From: a bacterium
GTDB lineage: Bacteria; SZUA-182; DTGQ01
Assembly (NCBI GenBank): GCA_040752695.1
Contig: JBFMGO010000021.1
Coordinates: forward strand, 1-64,000
Direction of reading: 5' to 3'
DNA: 64,000 nucleotides
The notes below the pieces were generated by a model. It had not been told where the DNA came from and made no database searches. It worked only from the letters and a program-made list of their open reading frames with translations. Below are positions 1-9,159 of this stretch, in pieces. The position numbers and the translations under genes are program-made. How positions within the stretch are numbered: position 1 is the first letter of the stretch; each line of letters begins with the position of its first letter.

Positions 1-1
1 T

Positions 2-490
2 CCCGCAGCCTATGGGCTGGGGCTCTCCTATAGACTTGGAAATTCCTGGACCTTTGCCGGAGACATAACCAGAACGGAATGGGGAGATTATGTCATTTAT
101 AATCAAAACGGCAAACAGATAGGTCCTTTTGCCAAACAAATTGATAATGTGCCTGGAAAAGATCCTACCTACACGATCAGGCTGGGAGCGGAATATGCTT
201 ATATATTGGATAAATCGAGGATGGTTCTTCCTTTCCGGTTCGGAGTATTTTATGATCCTGAACCTTCGGTGAAAGCTCCCCAGGATTTTTACGGCATCAG
301 CCTTGGGTGTGGTGTTGCCGATAGGCGGATCGCTTTAGATATTGCGTATCAATTTCGATGGGGAACCCCCATTAACTCAGTTGAATTGGGGCTCGATAGC
401 GGACAAGTGGGGCTTAATAGTGAACAAGGGCGGAATGAAGGAAAATTTGAGCAGCATTTCCTGTTAGCCTCTCTCATTTTTTACTTCTAG
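2..490 (+). CDS. Outer-membrane beta-barrel, FadL/TodX-like (5'-truncated by window edge)
   Basis: Frame open from nt 2 (PAAYGLGLSYRLGNSWTFAGDITRTEW...TIRLGAEY...RFGVFYDPEP...LDIAYQF); alternating beta-strand pattern; C-terminal Phe (IFYF). Confidence 0.6.
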   Translation, partial: PAAYGLGLSYRLGNSWTFAGDITRTEWGDYVIYNQNGKQIGPFAKQIDNVPGKDPTYTIRLGAEYAYILDKSRMVLPFRFGVFYDPEPSVKAPQDFYGISLGCGVADRRIALDIAYQFRWGTPINSVELGLDSGQVGLNSEQGRNEGKFEQHFLLASLIFYF

Positions 491-658
491 TGCAAAGTCC
501 GTGGAGGAATTTTCACAGTAAGAAAAATATTGCATATGTGAACTTTTTTTCAGATCAGTGTGTAGTGATAAAACACCAAATAAGACGACAAGAAGACTTA
601 GATTTGTAGTTACAAGGAGTTAAAAGTAGGAACTTCTTCCTATAGACCTCATAATTAC

Positions 659-674
659 AGGCATTAATGTTGCA
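659..674 (+). promoter_or_regulatory. Putative sigma54 (-24/-12) promoter
   Basis: AGGCATTAATGTTGCA: GG(660-661)-N10-GC(672-673), resembling TGGCAC-N5-TTGC; about 100 nt upstream of the 772 start. Confidence 0.5.
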
Positions 675-771
675 ACTCAAAGTCTTATCTTGTAGTATGC
701 AATCTTCGTATCTCAAGGTAACACAGGCCAAATTGCAGCTTTTGAGCAACTGGTCTGGAAGGTAGAAGGGG

Positions 772-3462
772 ATGAAAACAGCAGTTCAGAAAATACAGGC
801 GTATACTGTCATCTTGTTGACTGCCCTGGCGGTTATCTGTGTCGGCTTGCAGAAAAGCGTATGTGCACAGATAGTTAAGGACCCGCTGGTAACGCTGACT
901 GCCCCTTTAACCGACATAAGCAAGGTCTCGTCCTCTCAGCCATCACTTCTCGATCTCATGGGAGGGAGCGGGTTCCCCTCTCTGATCGGTATGGATCTTT
1001 CTTTATCGATGGCAGGACTTAATCCGGCTTTGAATCCTTTTATTTCATCTCCATCATTGGCTGCCAGCAGTGTATTGATGTCAGCTCTTAACGGAAACGC
1101 TTTGATGTCCGCAGCAGTTCTCTCCCAGGCTATGGCCGGAGGAATCTCCCCGGGAGTGGGGATGGGTGGTGCGGTCTACCCGGTCAGCGCGACAGGAGGG
1201 GGGCTGGTAGAGGATCCCAGCTTCCTGATGAACTTGATGGGCTTTGGAAGCGGGCTCTTTCCAGGGATTGGCAGTGCTTTAAGCAATATCTCCTTTCCTA
1301 TCGTGCCCATAGTGCCGTTTTTGGCAGATCAGGGCAGATCGACAGGTTTCCCGACCGGACTCTATTCCAGTCTCATGGTTCCGCCACTCAATCCATTTGG
1401 TATGGCCTCATCGGCGTTTGCCGCTTTACAGATGATGGGTGGCTACCCTACGAGTTACGGGTCAACGCAGGGAATGCCTTACGCTGGCATGCCGGGGGTA
1501 AGTCCTGTAACTGGAGGAGGGTACTCCTCCCCCTTTACGAACCCCACCGCTTTGAGTGCTGGAAGCTCCCCTTATCCTTACCTTGGCGACCCGAGATACG
1601 CAGCAGGTGGTCTTCCCGTCAGTCAACCTTCAGGAACAGCGCCTTTATCTGCAACGGGCACTGGTTCTTTTGGGGGGTATGGTGCCAATCCCGCTTATTT
1701 TGGATACCAGGGACTTACCATTGGGAATCCTCCTGTGATAAATCCGGCTGCTAATATGTATGATAGCGGCTTCATGTATAGTCCCATCCGGCTTGGAGTT
1801 ATTTACGGTGTTGTTCAGGACCAGAAGGGAGAGAGTATCGTAGGTGCTACCATTACGATAATCAGTAATACGGGTGTGGAAATATCCAGTTTAAAAAGTG
1901 GACTCCCTCTTGGAAACTATGGAGTCAGCAAGCCTTTTCCGGGAACTGGTTGTTCATTAAAAATATCCCACCCCTACGGTAAACCGGATACCCAATACCC
2001 AAGTTTTCCCGTTGCTGGAAACGTCCGTTGCGATTTTATCCTTCTTGAAGGCACAGTTCAAGATGCTATTAAGAAGATACCCTTGAGCCAGGTAGGCATT
2101 TTTGCCATAGCTCCTGATGCTTCCCTCCTGGAGGCACAAACCACAACCGACGACGACGGGGAATTCGCAATTTTTCTGCCAAAAGGCACCTATTCCATTG
2201 TGGCTAAACTTCCCCTGTCCGGAACGAGCAGTACAAATCGCCAAGTATCGTCGGTGACAATTCCCATGGATAATGCTGCCAAACTTTCCTTCGACTTGTC
2301 GCTGCCTCTGTTGATCGGAAATGTTATTGACGCTATCGATGATACTATCAATATGCAAGGCGCTTTGATCCAGATTACTCCGTCATCTTCGATTCAAATG
2401 GTTCCCGTTAAAAACCCTGTTAAGGTCGGCAAAGGTGGAGAGTTCACCATCCCCCTTCCCGAGGGGGCGTATACCCTGTCAGTCACGAAAAGCGGTTATA
2501 AAAATAAGACGGTTACCGTCCAGATCAAGGATACAGGATTAGAGGATTACCATATCGAGCTGGAAAGGACGGCACCTTTGACGCCTGTCAATAATCCGCC
2601 TGTTATACAATCACCTCCGGATGGTTGGCCAATACCCGTGGAAGCTGGTAAGGCTGTGGACTTTTATGTAATGGCGCAAGATCCTGATCTTAAAGATGTC
2701 CAGCTTGGTTTTACTATTATAGGACTGAAAGGACTGCCGCAGGGCTGGACAGTAGGGAAAGAGGAAGGCGGGCAGAACGGTGTCCCCAAAAGGTACGTTT
2801 TCCCTACCACGCTGGCTGATCTCGGTGAATATCCCCTGGAGATTACCGTGACTGATTTCGCTTCACCTTCTAAGGTGAATGTTACGGTTAAGGTCCAGTA
2901 TTCCATGCAGTGGAAATTAACCAAAGGCGTGAACCTGATCAGTTGTCCGGCTGCCGGCGCAAGCACTTCCCTCGACTCTGCCTTTGACCTGCTGTCAATT
3001 TTGGGCGATGCTAACCGTGTTGAAAGCGTCTCCCGTTATGACTCAAGCAAAGGGGGATACGTTAAGGCCAGCAATATCAAAGGGGGGAAAAAGACGGGTA
3101 CGGATTTCCCCATCAATAGACAGGAAGGATATATCGTCTACGCTAAACAGGCTGCCCCGGTTGATCTGTACATCCAAAGCGGTAATCTTGCTTCCTGCAA
3201 GCTCCAGATTAAACGCGGAACCAATCTGGTAGGAATACCCGTCGTTTTCAGCGGCACCTATTCCTCCTATGATCTTTTGATAGACCTTGGACAGGATGCT
3301 GTCGAGAGTATCTATCACTATAATCCCAAAGCTGGAGGATACGAATATACTTACTGGATTGGAAATCTTCCCGGTGGATCCGATTTCCCCATTCAAATTG
3401 GAGAGGGATATTATATCCAGGGGAAAGCCGATAAGCAGCTTTCCCTGCCTGCACTACTGTAA
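772..3462 (+). CDS. Large secreted protein: low-complexity G/S/P/A/M N-region, carboxypeptidase-regulatory-like beta-sandwich repeats, Ig-like domain, duplicated C-terminal module
   Basis: Signal peptide (VCA|QIV); GVVQDQKGESIVGATITI, TTTDDDGEFAIFLPKGTY, GEFTIPLPEGAYTLSVTKSGY; C-terminal repeat KGVNLIS..DFPI..EGY / RGTNLVG..DFPI..EGY. Confidence 0.7.
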   Translation: MKTAVQKIQAYTVILLTALAVICVGLQKSVCAQIVKDPLVTLTAPLTDISKVSSSQPSLLDLMGGSGFPSLIGMDLSLSMAGLNPALNPFISSPSLAASSVLMSALNGNALMSAAVLSQAMAGGISPGVGMGGAVYPVSATGGGLVEDPSFLMNLMGFGSGLFPGIGSALSNISFPIVPIVPFLADQGRSTGFPTGLYSSLMVPPLNPFGMASSAFAALQMMGGYPTSYGSTQGMPYAGMPGVSPVTGGGYSSPFTNPTALSAGSSPYPYLGDPRYAAGGLPVSQPSGTAPLSATGTGSFGGYGANPAYFGYQGLTIGNPPVINPAANMYDSGFMYSPIRLGVIYGVVQDQKGESIVGATITIISNTGVEISSLKSGLPLGNYGVSKPFPGTGCSLKISHPYGKPDTQYPSFPVAGNVRCDFILLEGTVQDAIKKIPLSQVGIFAIAPDASLLEAQTTTDDDGEFAIFLPKGTYSIVAKLPLSGTSSTNRQVSSVTIPMDNAAKLSFDLSLPLLIGNVIDAIDDTINMQGALIQITPSSSIQMVPVKNPVKVGKGGEFTIPLPEGAYTLSVTKSGYKNKTVTVQIKDTGLEDYHIELERTAPLTPVNNPPVIQSPPDGWPIPVEAGKAVDFYVMAQDPDLKDVQLGFTIIGLKGLPQGWTVGKEEGGQNGVPKRYVFPTTLADLGEYPLEITVTDFASPSKVNVTVKVQYSMQWKLTKGVNLISCPAAGASTSLDSAFDLLSILGDANRVESVSRYDSSKGGYVKASNIKGGKKTGTDFPINRQEGYIVYAKQAAPVDLYIQSGNLASCKLQIKRGTNLVGIPVVFSGTYSSYDLLIDLGQDAVESIYHYNPKAGGYEYTYWIGNLPGGSDFPIQIGEGYYIQGKADKQLSLPALL

Positions 3463-3517
3463 AAATAAAACAAATACATGACCACTCAGCCAGCAATACC
3501 TTTCCATATCAGCAGTA

Positions 3518-3557
3518 GTGTTATATAATACGTTCAATAGGTGCTATATAATACGTT
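3518..3557 (+). repeat. Direct repeat (2x17 nt, period 23), each copy containing TATAAT
   Basis: gtgttatataatacgtt (3518-3534) / gtgctatataatacgtt (3541-3557), just upstream of the radical SAM gene. Confidence 0.8.
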
Positions 3558-3563
3558 TATAAG

Positions 3564-5288
3564 ATGAAGGAAAGGAGCCTCATTTTGGTTTCCTGGCGAC
3601 AAAAAGAGCAGGCCAGGGCGCTGATCAGCCAAGAGCAGAATCCCGTGATAAAAGATCCCGGCGGCAGGATTTCCGTGGCCCTGGTCTATCCGAATCATTA
3701 TTATATCGGCATGTCCAATCTTGGATTTCACACTATCTACGCTCTTCTCAATGACCGGGAAGATACGGTCTGTGAGCGTGTTTTCCTGCCCGACTCACCC
3801 CTGTCACCCCAAGAATCTTTGATCTCCCTGGAGACACAAAGGATGCTCCATGAATTTGACATCATAGCTTTTTCCGTTTCCTATGAGAACGATTATCTGA
3901 ATATCCTGAAGATCCTGGACCTGGCCAGGGTTCCCCTTTGGGCACAGAGCAGAACCGAACATGACCCGCTGGTGGTCATCGGCGGCGCGTGCGCCGGATT
4001 CAATCCCGAACCTCTGGCCCGGTTTGCCGATTGCTTCATTGTGGGAGAAGGGGAAGGAATAACCCTGGAATTCATGGACCGCTATAGTGCCTGGAAGGGG
4101 AGCGGGAGCCCCGCTGGCGGCAAAAGCCCCTCCGGAAATGGGAGCCTCGCTGGCAACGGGAGCAGGGAGGATTTACTCAAGGAGTTGGCGACACGGGCGG
4201 GGTTTTACATCCCCCGCTTCTATCGCGTGGAATATCATCCAGACGGCAGGATAGCCGAAATGAGTATCAGCAAAGATGCTTCAGCATTTATTTCAAGGCC
4301 GGGCATTTCCCAGGCCCTGGTTACAGACCTCAACACCTGTGAGACCACGACCCGCATCATAACGCCGAATACCGAATTCGGGGATATGTTTCTCGTGGAA
4401 ATCAGCCGGGGCTGCCGCAGAAAGTGTAATTTCTGCCTCATGACCAGCCTCTATAAGCCGTATCGGACGAGGAGCCCGGAGGCGCTTTGGCCTGCGATTG
4501 AAAGGGGGCTCTCCTTTCGGGACCGCATTGGCCTCATCAGCGCTTCGACCACTGACCACCCCCGGATTCTTCAGATTTGCTCAAAGATTCTGTCAGCGGG
4601 CGGGAAAGTTTCGGTCAGTTCCCTGCGAATGGAATCGATTACTCAAGAACTTCTGGATTGCCTGGTTGCCAGCGGGCATAAGACAATCACCCTGGCCCCT
4701 GAGGCTGGAAGCGAGAGGTTGCGCGCGTATCTTGGCAAAAATATGCCGGATGAACTCATCTTTGACCGGGTGAAGCAGATCATCAGCCATGGGATACCGA
4801 ACCTGAAGCTCTACTTTATGGTCGGGCTGCCATCGGAGACTGAAGCTGACCTGGCAGCTATTGTATCTTTAGTCAAGAAAATCAAACATGTCATGGTTCA
4901 GACTGCACGCCAGAAGGCCTCTTTAGGCAGGATTACGGTCAATGTCAACTGCTTTGTGCCCAAGCCCCTCTCAAAGTTCGAGCGCTGTGCCATGGAAAAG
5001 GTGCCTGCCCTTCAATCCAGGCTCAAGTTTCTGGCTGGCCGGCTGAAAAGCACTGCTAATATCCAGGTTCTTTCCGATGTACCCAAGTGGGCCTTTATTC
5101 AAGGGCTCCTGGCACGTGCCGATCGCAGGGTGGGCGAGATTCTGCATCAGGTCCATATCAGCGGCGGGAATTGGAAAAAAGCCTGTCAGGCCGTCAATCT
5201 CAATCCGGAATTCTATGCCGTAAGGCCCAGGGACGAGGAGGAGATTCTCCCCTGGGATTTTATTCGTAAAAGTCCGGCAGCAGAGTAA
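3564..5288 (+). CDS. B12-binding-domain radical SAM protein (TIGR03960-like)
   Basis: ALVYPNHYYIGMSNLGF N-terminus; CRRKCNFC (CX3CX2C) after EISRG; TLAPEAGSERLR; LKLYFMVGLP; LPWDFI. Confidence 0.85.
   Translation: MKERSLILVSWRQKEQARALISQEQNPVIKDPGGRISVALVYPNHYYIGMSNLGFHTIYALLNDREDTVCERVFLPDSPLSPQESLISLETQRMLHEFDIIAFSVSYENDYLNILKILDLARVPLWAQSRTEHDPLVVIGGACAGFNPEPLARFADCFIVGEGEGITLEFMDRYSAWKGSGSPAGGKSPSGNGSLAGNGSREDLLKELATRAGFYIPRFYRVEYHPDGRIAEMSISKDASAFISRPGISQALVTDLNTCETTTRIITPNTEFGDMFLVEISRGCRRKCNFCLMTSLYKPYRTRSPEALWPAIERGLSFRDRIGLISASTTDHPRILQICSKILSAGGKVSVSSLRMESITQELLDCLVASGHKTITLAPEAGSERLRAYLGKNMPDELIFDRVKQIISHGIPNLKLYFMVGLPSETEADLAAIVSLVKKIKHVMVQTARQKASLGRITVNVNCFVPKPLSKFERCAMEKVPALQSRLKFLAGRLKSTANIQVLSDVPKWAFIQGLLARADRRVGEILHQVHISGGNWKKACQAVNLNPEFYAVRPRDEEEILPWDFIRKSPAAE
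4104..4163 (+). repeat. In-frame 18-nt tandem repeat inside radical SAM gene (GSPAGG-KSPSGN-GSLAGN-GS)
   Basis: gggagccccgctggcggc / aaaagcccctccggaaat / gggagcctcgctggcaac / gggagc. Confidence 0.65.
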
Positions 5289-5329
5289 GAGAAAAAAAGA
5301 CCGCTTCCGGGTAAAAATGAGCTGTCTTT

Positions 5330-6754
5330 TCAGGGTACTCGGTTGACTGCCGGGTCCGTATACTCGGGCATCAGGTCAAGGTCCTGGCAGAACTCCCTGG
5401 CTGTGGATCTTGAAATAATACCCCTTTTGTACAGTTTGCGCACGGAATCCTGCATGGTGTGCATTTTGTACCTGCTGCCCGTCTCGATAATCGAGCGGAG
5501 CTGGATGGTGTTATTTTCCCTGATGATGCTTCGTGCAGCTTCGGTAATGATCAGTGCCTCGGTAGCTACCACCCTGTCTTCTCCCCGCACGCAGGGCAGG
5601 AGGGCCTGGGCGATAATTCCCTGCAGGCAGTTGCTTAACTGCATGGACACCTGTTTGCGCTGATGGGAGGGGAACATGCCTACCAGCCGATCCAGCACCT
5701 GAACGCAGTCCGGAGCGTGCATGGAAGTCAAAACCAGGTGTCCGGTTTCGGCTGCGGTGATAGCCACACTGGCTGTTTCCGCATCCAGTAGTTCTCCGAT
5801 CAGAATAACGTCAGGGTCCTGACGCAGGGAACAGCGCACAGCCATGGAGAAGGAAACGGTATCGGAGCCGATTTCCCGCTGCTTGACAATAGATTTGATA
5901 TTTTTATGAATGCATTCGATCGGATCCTCCAGGCAGATGATTACCGCTTCCCGTTCGCGGTTGATTTTGTCCACCATGGCGGCCAGGGTCGTGGTTTTCC
6001 CTGAGCCGGTCGGCCCGGCTACAATGATAATGCCCTTACGCCTCTCTGCAAGGTCCGCTGCCACACCCGGCAAGTTCAACTCCGAGATGGACCTGATTGT
6101 GGGCATGATCGTCCGAAAAACGGCCTCTACGTTTCCCCTCTGCCGATGGATATTGACCCGGAAGCGGACAAGAGGGGTCGGTGAAAAGGCAAAATCCAGC
6201 TCTTTCCATTTTTCGAAACGCCGGATCTGCTCTTCGGTTAATATGCTGTAAATAAGAGCCTGCAAATCGTCATGACCGAGGGCTTCCATATCGAGCGGCT
6301 GAAGACGGCCGAACACCCGTAAGATGGGGGGACAGCCATAGGTCAGATGAAGATCCGATGCCTTGTATTCGTGAGCCGCCTGGAGCAACCGCAGGATGTC
6401 CATCATCTCGATGCGTTTTTGGATTTCCTCCTGATCGGCCCCTTCCAGTTTCAGAAAAGAAAGACCTACCAGGTATCTGACATTGAAATCCTCTTCCTCG
6501 ATATGAATCACTCGCCCCTGTGCCGTCAGTTCCCTGCCCAGGCCGGGGAGTGTGAAGATAAGCCGTAGTTGCGTTCCAAGTGGAAACATTTCCTCGGTTT
6601 CCAGTAAAATCCCTGAGGTACTGATGTTTCTGGTGAAAGATTTTCGAAACTCAAAAGCTGTCTGGTCATGGTCATCGGCTATTTGCTGGTAGCGGACGAA
6701 GATCTTGGTGCGGATGCGTGTGGATTTCCTGTTTTCTGGCCCTTCCCAAAACAT
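5330..6754 (-). CDS. pilT: PilT/PilU-family type IV pilus ATPase with N-terminal PilZ domain
   Basis: PilZ RKSTR (RxxxR) and NISTSG; ASDLHL, Walker A GPTGSGKTT, EDPIE, LRQDPDVILIGE, AETGHLV. Confidence 0.9.
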   Translation of the reverse strand: MFWEGPENRKSTRIRTKIFVRYQQIADDHDQTAFEFRKSFTRNISTSGILLETEEMFPLGTQLRLIFTLPGLGRELTAQGRVIHIEEEDFNVRYLVGLSFLKLEGADQEEIQKRIEMMDILRLLQAAHEYKASDLHLTYGCPPILRVFGRLQPLDMEALGHDDLQALIYSILTEEQIRRFEKWKELDFAFSPTPLVRFRVNIHRQRGNVEAVFRTIMPTIRSISELNLPGVAADLAERRKGIIIVAGPTGSGKTTTLAAMVDKINREREAVIICLEDPIECIHKNIKSIVKQREIGSDTVSFSMAVRCSLRQDPDVILIGELLDAETASVAITAAETGHLVLTSMHAPDCVQVLDRLVGMFPSHQRKQVSMQLSNCLQGIIAQALLPCVRGEDRVVATEALIITEAARSIIRENNTIQLRSIIETGSRYKMHTMQDSVRKLYKRGIISRSTAREFCQDLDLMPEYTDPAVNRVP

Positions 6755-6895
6755 GGTTTCTCCTTATGCAGTATTTCATGAGCCTTTTTCTTATTATTCG
6801 GAAATAGCACAGTTCAACTTTAGGTGGGAGGGCTGACTTTCGCCTTTTGGTGAGCGATTTATTCGTTATGGCGTTATATCGGCCAATTGTTCCTT

Positions 6896-6952
6896 TATCT
6901 GGCCGGTCTTCGGCTGTCCGGCCGGTTTTTCGGCTATCCGGCCAGTCTCAGC
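6896..6952. repeat. Three imperfect ~19-nt tandem copies spanning the ubiA stop codon
   Basis: tatctggccggtcttcggc / tgtccggccggtttttcggc / tatccggccagtctcagc. Confidence 0.6.
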
Positions 6953-7809
6953 ACATCGATAATGGCAGCAGTGCAAAGCACGATGCTGATTACCCCATTA
7001 GCGATAAAGAAAGAGAAATTGGCCCTGGACAGGTCTTCGGGACGGATGATCCAGTGCTGGTAGAGAAGGAAAAAAAGAGTCACCATATAACCGGCTGCAT
7101 AGACAATCCCTAATCCTGCCATTGGCCAGAGGGAGAAAAAACAGACGGCAGCCCCAAGGTGAAGGAGTATGGAAACCCATAAGCCGCCCCGGATGCCGAT
7201 CCTTGCAGGAATGGAATGAAGGTTTGCCGCCCGGTCGAAGTCATAATCCAGGCAGGCGTAAATGACATCAAACCCGCTCACCCAAAGCAGCACTCCGAGT
7301 CCGAGCACTACGGGCACCGGGTCGATCACGCCGGTAATGGCTATCCAGGCAGCCAGAGGGGAAAGCCCAAGGCAGAGCCCAAGAACCAGATGGGCAAGGG
7401 AGGTGAACCTTTTGGCAAAGGAATACAGGAGCAAGATGGCCAATACGAAAGGAGATAAAATCAGGCACAACCGATTCAGGCTGTAGGCTGCAAAGAAGAA
7501 TAGACCGCAGGAGATCAGAAGGAAAAAGATTACCTCGCCTTTTTTGATTTTCCCCGCAGGGATAGCCCGATCCTTTGTTCTGGGATTCCTGGCATCAAAG
7601 GAGGCATCCACCAACCGGTTGAAACTCATGGCAGCGCTGCGTGCTCCCACCATGGCCACCAGGATAAAGAACAGCTTCACCGGCGGCGGCCAGCCACGGG
7701 CTGCAAGAAAGGCAGCTAAAAGAGCGAAGGGGAGGGCAAAGATGGTGTGCTCGAATTTAATCATCTCAAGGATAATCTTCACATGATCGATCACTTTTCT
7801 CATGTTCAA
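6934..7809 (-). CDS. ubiA: UbiA-family prenyltransferase (MqnP-like)
   Basis: IKFEHTIFALPFA, ARSAAMSFNRLVDASFDARNPRT, GFDVIYACLD; multi-TM. Confidence 0.9.
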   Translation of the reverse strand: MNMRKVIDHVKIILEMIKFEHTIFALPFALLAAFLAARGWPPPVKLFFILVAMVGARSAAMSFNRLVDASFDARNPRTKDRAIPAGKIKKGEVIFFLLISCGLFFFAAYSLNRLCLILSPFVLAILLLYSFAKRFTSLAHLVLGLCLGLSPLAAWIAITGVIDPVPVVLGLGVLLWVSGFDVIYACLDYDFDRAANLHSIPARIGIRGGLWVSILLHLGAAVCFFSLWPMAGLGIVYAAGYMVTLFFLLYQHWIIRPEDLSRANFSFFIANGVISIVLCTAAIIDVLRLAG

Positions 7810-8438
7810 GGTTCTTTCACTCTCCTGGCATACGCCTCAAAACAGGCGGACGCATAGCCGATCTGATCAAGGATCCTCTGGATAAAAAACTCCACCAGTT
7901 CCTCGAGGTCCTTCGGATGATTGTAAAATGCGGGGCTGGCCGGAAGAATTACGGCACCCTCTTGAGAGAGAGTGAGCATGTTCTTGAGATGGATACTGCT
8001 TAAAGGGGTCTCGCGTGGTACTAAGATCAGCTTTCTGCGCTCTTTCAGGCAGACGGCGGCAGCCCGGTGGACGAGGTTGAGCGAAAGGCCCTGGGCAATG
8101 GCAGACAGGCTGTTCATGGAGCAGGGGAGAATGATCATCCCTTGCGTATGGAATGAGCCGGTGGCCAGGGGAGAAGAAAAATCCTGGCAGTCATGGTGCA
8201 TCACGGGCAATTGCTGAAAATAATCCGGCCCGCATCCCAGTTCCGTTTTCAGGACCGTGGCCGCCTGGCGGGAAACGATCAGATGCACCTCGATTTCAGA
8301 TGCCAGAAGGTGAGTCAGGAGCCTCTGGGCGTAGATCATGCCACTGGCACCGGTCAGGGCCAGAATGATGCGGCATGACGGATTGATGAGACCTTTTGAT
8401 GACGATGAAATGGAAGTTGCGGTAAGATCAGCGGGCAT
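7806..8438 (-). CDS. ubiX: Flavin prenyltransferase UbiX
   Basis: ALTGASG, PCSMNSL, CLKERRKLILVPRETP, PASPAFY; start placed at ATG 8438 overlapping the menG stop. Confidence 0.92.
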   Translation of the reverse strand: MPADLTATSISSSSKGLINPSCRIILALTGASGMIYAQRLLTHLLASEIEVHLIVSRQAATVLKTELGCGPDYFQQLPVMHHDCQDFSSPLATGSFHTQGMIILPCSMNSLSAIAQGLSLNLVHRAAAVCLKERRKLILVPRETPLSSIHLKNMLTLSQEGAVILPASPAFYNHPKDLEELVEFFIQRILDQIGYASACFEAYARRVKEP

Positions 8439-9147
8439 ATTCCTTTTCCCCCACATGCAGGGCCACGATACCGGCAGTCAAAAGGGAGAAACGAACCTTG
8501 CCGTAGCCATTTTCCTGCATGATCTTCGCGAGTTGCTCTGCGGTATAGAACTTCAGCACCGACTCGGGCAGGTAGCGGTAGGCGGAAGCGTTCCCGGAAA
8601 TCAGCCCGCCAATGAAAGGAAGGATATGCAGGGAGTAGAAAAAGTAAAGGGACCGGAAAAACCTGGACTTGGGCTGAGAAAACTCCAGAATGGCCAATGT
8701 GGCGGAAGGCTTTATGACCCGGTTAATCTCACGCAGGCCCTTTTGGCGGTTGATGAGGTTGCGAAGGCCAAACCCCATGACAGCGCCTTCAGCCACATTA
8801 TCCCGCAAGGGCAGATGTTCGATATCGGCGCAGACCAGGCAGATTCTTTCTTGCTGATCCTGGGGGATTTTCTTTTTTCCCTCAGCCAGCATCCTGGAAC
8901 TGAAATCCAGAGCCACCACTTTGGTATTGGGGCCGCTGTACTTCATTACCTGGAGGGACAAATCGAGCGTGCCGCTGCACAGATCCAGTATGACCTGCTT
9001 TTCCTGCCGCCTGCACTGCCGGTTGAGGGCAGACACGGCTTTTTTCCTCCAGTATTTGTCAATGTTAAAGCTCAACAGGGAATTCAATAGATCGTAGGTA
9101 GGGGAAATCGTCTGAAACATTTTTTGTACTTGATCCTTAGTTGCCAT
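8428..9147 (-). CDS. menG: Demethylmenaquinone methyltransferase UbiE/MenG
   Basis: MFQTISPTYDLLN, LDLCSGT, GFGLRN, AYRYLPESV. Confidence 0.92.
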   Translation of the reverse strand: MATKDQVQKMFQTISPTYDLLNSLLSFNIDKYWRKKAVSALNRQCRRQEKQVILDLCSGTLDLSLQVMKYSGPNTKVVALDFSSRMLAEGKKKIPQDQQERICLVCADIEHLPLRDNVAEGAVMGFGLRNLINRQKGLREINRVIKPSATLAILEFSQPKSRFFRSLYFFYSLHILPFIGGLISGNASAYRYLPESVLKFYTAEQLAKIMQENGYGKVRFSLLTAGIVALHVGEKEYAR

Positions 9148-9159
9148 TATGATTTTCCT

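Noticed and set aside
8338..9090. Long antisense ORFs (e.g. 8338-9090, 16594-17235, 34325-35218, 40731-41357, 52790-53413)
   Set aside because: Shadow frames opposite well-supported genes, with no recognisable motifs
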